Part shown: positions 61,950 to 64,000 of the stretch, piece after piece | Layout: each line of letters starts with the position of its first letter | Numbering within the stretch: position 1 is the first letter of the stretch | Source of the DNA: Camelus ferus | Taxonomy: Eukaryota | NCBI RefSeq assembly: GCF_009834535.1 | Contig: NC_045696.1 | Span: 27,716,001 to 27,780,000 of the forward strand | Length of the DNA: 64,000 bases | Direction: 5' to 3' | The notes under the pieces: generated by a model | What the model was told of the DNA's origin: nothing | The model's database searches: none | What the model saw: only the letters and a program-made list of their open reading frames with translations | Translations under genes and position numbers: made by a program

Positions 61950-64000
61950 ACAAAACAAAACAAAAACTTTCCTCACGCTTCTAATACATCATACTCTTTT
62001 CCTCTTATTGGCTGACATCTCTAGTCTCTCTGTTGTTGCCCTTTATACAATGAAAAATCTCTGGCAGTGGCCTCTAGACTTCCTTGAATCACCAGTGACC
62101 CTCACCATTCAGGTTGTTTCCATCATCCATGTACCCTGATCTCTCAGGTCCTTGATCTCACCATTAAGGAAGAATTTCTCCTGTCCCATCCCTTTGCCAC
62201 ACTCTCTCACTGTCATGTAAAGGTACTGAGCATCACCTGAGATTGCTGCACACCTAAAACCACAAATTCAAGGCCAATCTCCTCTTAGAGTTTACTTGTT
62301 AAGACAACTGATATTTTAACCATATCAAAACTGACAGAAAGAACACAGCCTGTTTTATCTCATTCTGACCACCATTCCTACCCTTTATTCACTTCTCTTA
62401 ATATGTAGCATAGACTTCCTGACCCTGTATTTCAATAGATGTATTAGAACATCCAAGTTAGTTGGTCTCTTTATTAAACTTGCCTCGAAAAATTTAATTT
62501 TGCATAAACTACCTACTTTCTCCAGGCTGCTCAGAACAACCATGCACACTGAGAAATGATCCACTATAGGGCAGACATTCAAAATAAATGTATGCTACCC
62601 AGCCTCAGGAGGCCCCAAACACTGGCCATTGAACAGAGAAACCCTCTCCCATTCTTTGGAATAATGTTCTTTGAGCTCCTGAAAACTTCTCCTTTGATTT
62701 GGGTCCTCACTCTGTATTGATGATCCCATTTCCAACCTCATAACTCTTTTGACTTTCTTCTTCCAAAAAAACTCCTCCTACCTTTGTGCCTCTCCTTGTC
62801 TTCCTCCCTCCTGTTGTAGCAAAGGGGCTGATTTTACACCTAAGGCCAATCCCACATCCTCTGCTCTAAATAATGGTCCTTCTCCAAATTCTCAAAGAAT
62901 TTATACTTTCAATTAAATTTTCATGCTTCTATACATTCAAACGTACCTTCTCAACATGATTATTTCCAGTGACAGCTACACTTGCTCCAATAGCTATTTT
63001 TCTCAAAAGCATACCTCGAACCTCAATCAGCGTTACAAACCCCTCCAGCCACCACCCATCTTGTTACTTCACAGTAACTGCGACGGAGGAAGAGCAGAAC
63101 TGACACCATGTTGAACTGCCTCCCTCATTCCTTATCTTATGTGTCTATTACTCTAGTAGCCCTGCACATAAAGAGTTAAATATTAGAGAAATGTTGCTTG
63201 TGCTCATTGAGTTCCCTGAAGAAAGTTCCCATCCCACGGTCCCAAGCTAGTTATGGCTGTGACCTGTTGGAGATAAGTTTGCTTTCAGCCCAGAAACTTT
63301 GCTAATAAGCAGAGATACGAATGGTAGAAGAAAAATAACTGCTAACAATTGGAAGTTTCTCCAGAAGCCTTGTGATCCAGAAAGCAGAAGAACAGAGAAA
63401 TGTTATGCTTCCCCTGGAGGTCAAGGGGCTGCGAGCAGTCTTCACTCCCTTAATCCTGAATCCTCCCATTTCTTCTTTCCCTTAACATAAAAGAAGCCTG
63501 AATTTTCTCCCGAGTTAAGATACTTCTTTAGGATGGTAGTCTGCCGTCTTGGTCTGCTGGCTTTCCAAATAACTTTGCTATTCTTGCCCCAACGACTCAT
63601 CTCTCGATTTACTGGTGTGGCAAGCAGTACAGCTTGGACAGGGTAACATCACTATTTAAAGCACTTGTCTGTTCATTCATTTTCTTCACTATTCTCTTCC
63701 CGTGAACACTCAGTCCAGATTGGCTTCTGCACTCATCACTCCACAGTAAAAGTTCTAGAGAAAGTCACCATAGTCACAGTGATTCCAGCATCAATGTTCA
63801 TTTTTCAACACTTAATTCCTTTACCCTCTTGGCAACTTTGACAAAGGTGAATATTTCTTAAGGCCTTCAAGCACTCTTTTCTAGTCCATGTGCTGTTCTC
63901 TAGTTTTACTGCTACCCCTCTGGCTGCTGTTTCCCTCCAAGCTCCTTGGCAGTCTAACCTTCCTCCACCAGACCCCTTAATGTGGGAGTTACTCAAGGCT
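61950..64000 (+). mobile_element. Long L2 LINE remnant (ORF2 region), interrupted by an LTR
   Basis: C/T-rich L2 motifs: ctaaggccaatccc...cactcagtccagattggcttctgcactcatcactccac...aaagtcacca...ggcaactttgaca...ttctctagttttactgcta. Runs off the window end. Left boundary approximate. Confidence 0.75.
63079..63648 (+). mobile_element. ERV1-class solo LTR (MER41/LTR39-like 3' end)
   Basis: TG...CA bounded 570 bp with 4-bp flanks taac/tcac (3/4). TATA-like cataaaa near 63487. 3' end ctcatctctcgatttactgg...gcagtacagcttggacagggtaaca is typical of MER41-related LTRs. L2 resumes on both sides. Confidence 0.8.

Noticed and set aside
1..64000. Prokaryotic or phage system (operon, CRISPR array, defence island)
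   Set aside because: The sequence is CpG-depleted mammalian DNA full of LINE, SINE and LTR fossils. The longest ORF is 155 aa and L1-derived, and there is no repeat-spacer array.

Overview
AT-rich, CpG-depleted mammalian nuclear DNA, most likely camelid (camel, alpaca or llama). The lineage call rests on a vic-1-type tRNA-derived SINE at 42.8 kb and is consistent with the artiodactyl-type L1 3' ends. It is not prokaryotic: I see no operons, CRISPR arrays, rRNA or true tRNA genes, and no protein-coding gene I can name. Almost all ORFs in the track are chance ORFs or derive from LINE-1 or microsatellites. The window is a mosaic of fossil elements: LINE-1 (including an internally deleted 4.8 kb copy and two 5'-inverted twin-primed copies), many L2 and MIR fragments, hAT DNA transposons (MER63-like, MER3, MER20), MaLR LTRs and an ERV1-type solo LTR. 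The most plausible functional elements are (i) a small orphan CpG island at about 41.4-41.75 kb carrying an RFX X-box-like site and a strong minus-strand splice donor, with candidate small exons on both strands, and (ii) several repeat-free blocks rich in homeodomain/POU/SOX-type motifs (about 5.7-6.3, 47.0-47.3, 50.1-50.4, 55.1-55.7 and 59.5-60.9 kb) that look like conserved enhancers in a gene desert or long intron. I cannot support a new biological system from sequence alone. Repeat family names come from recalled consensus sequences, not from a search, and most boundaries of old repeats are approximate.
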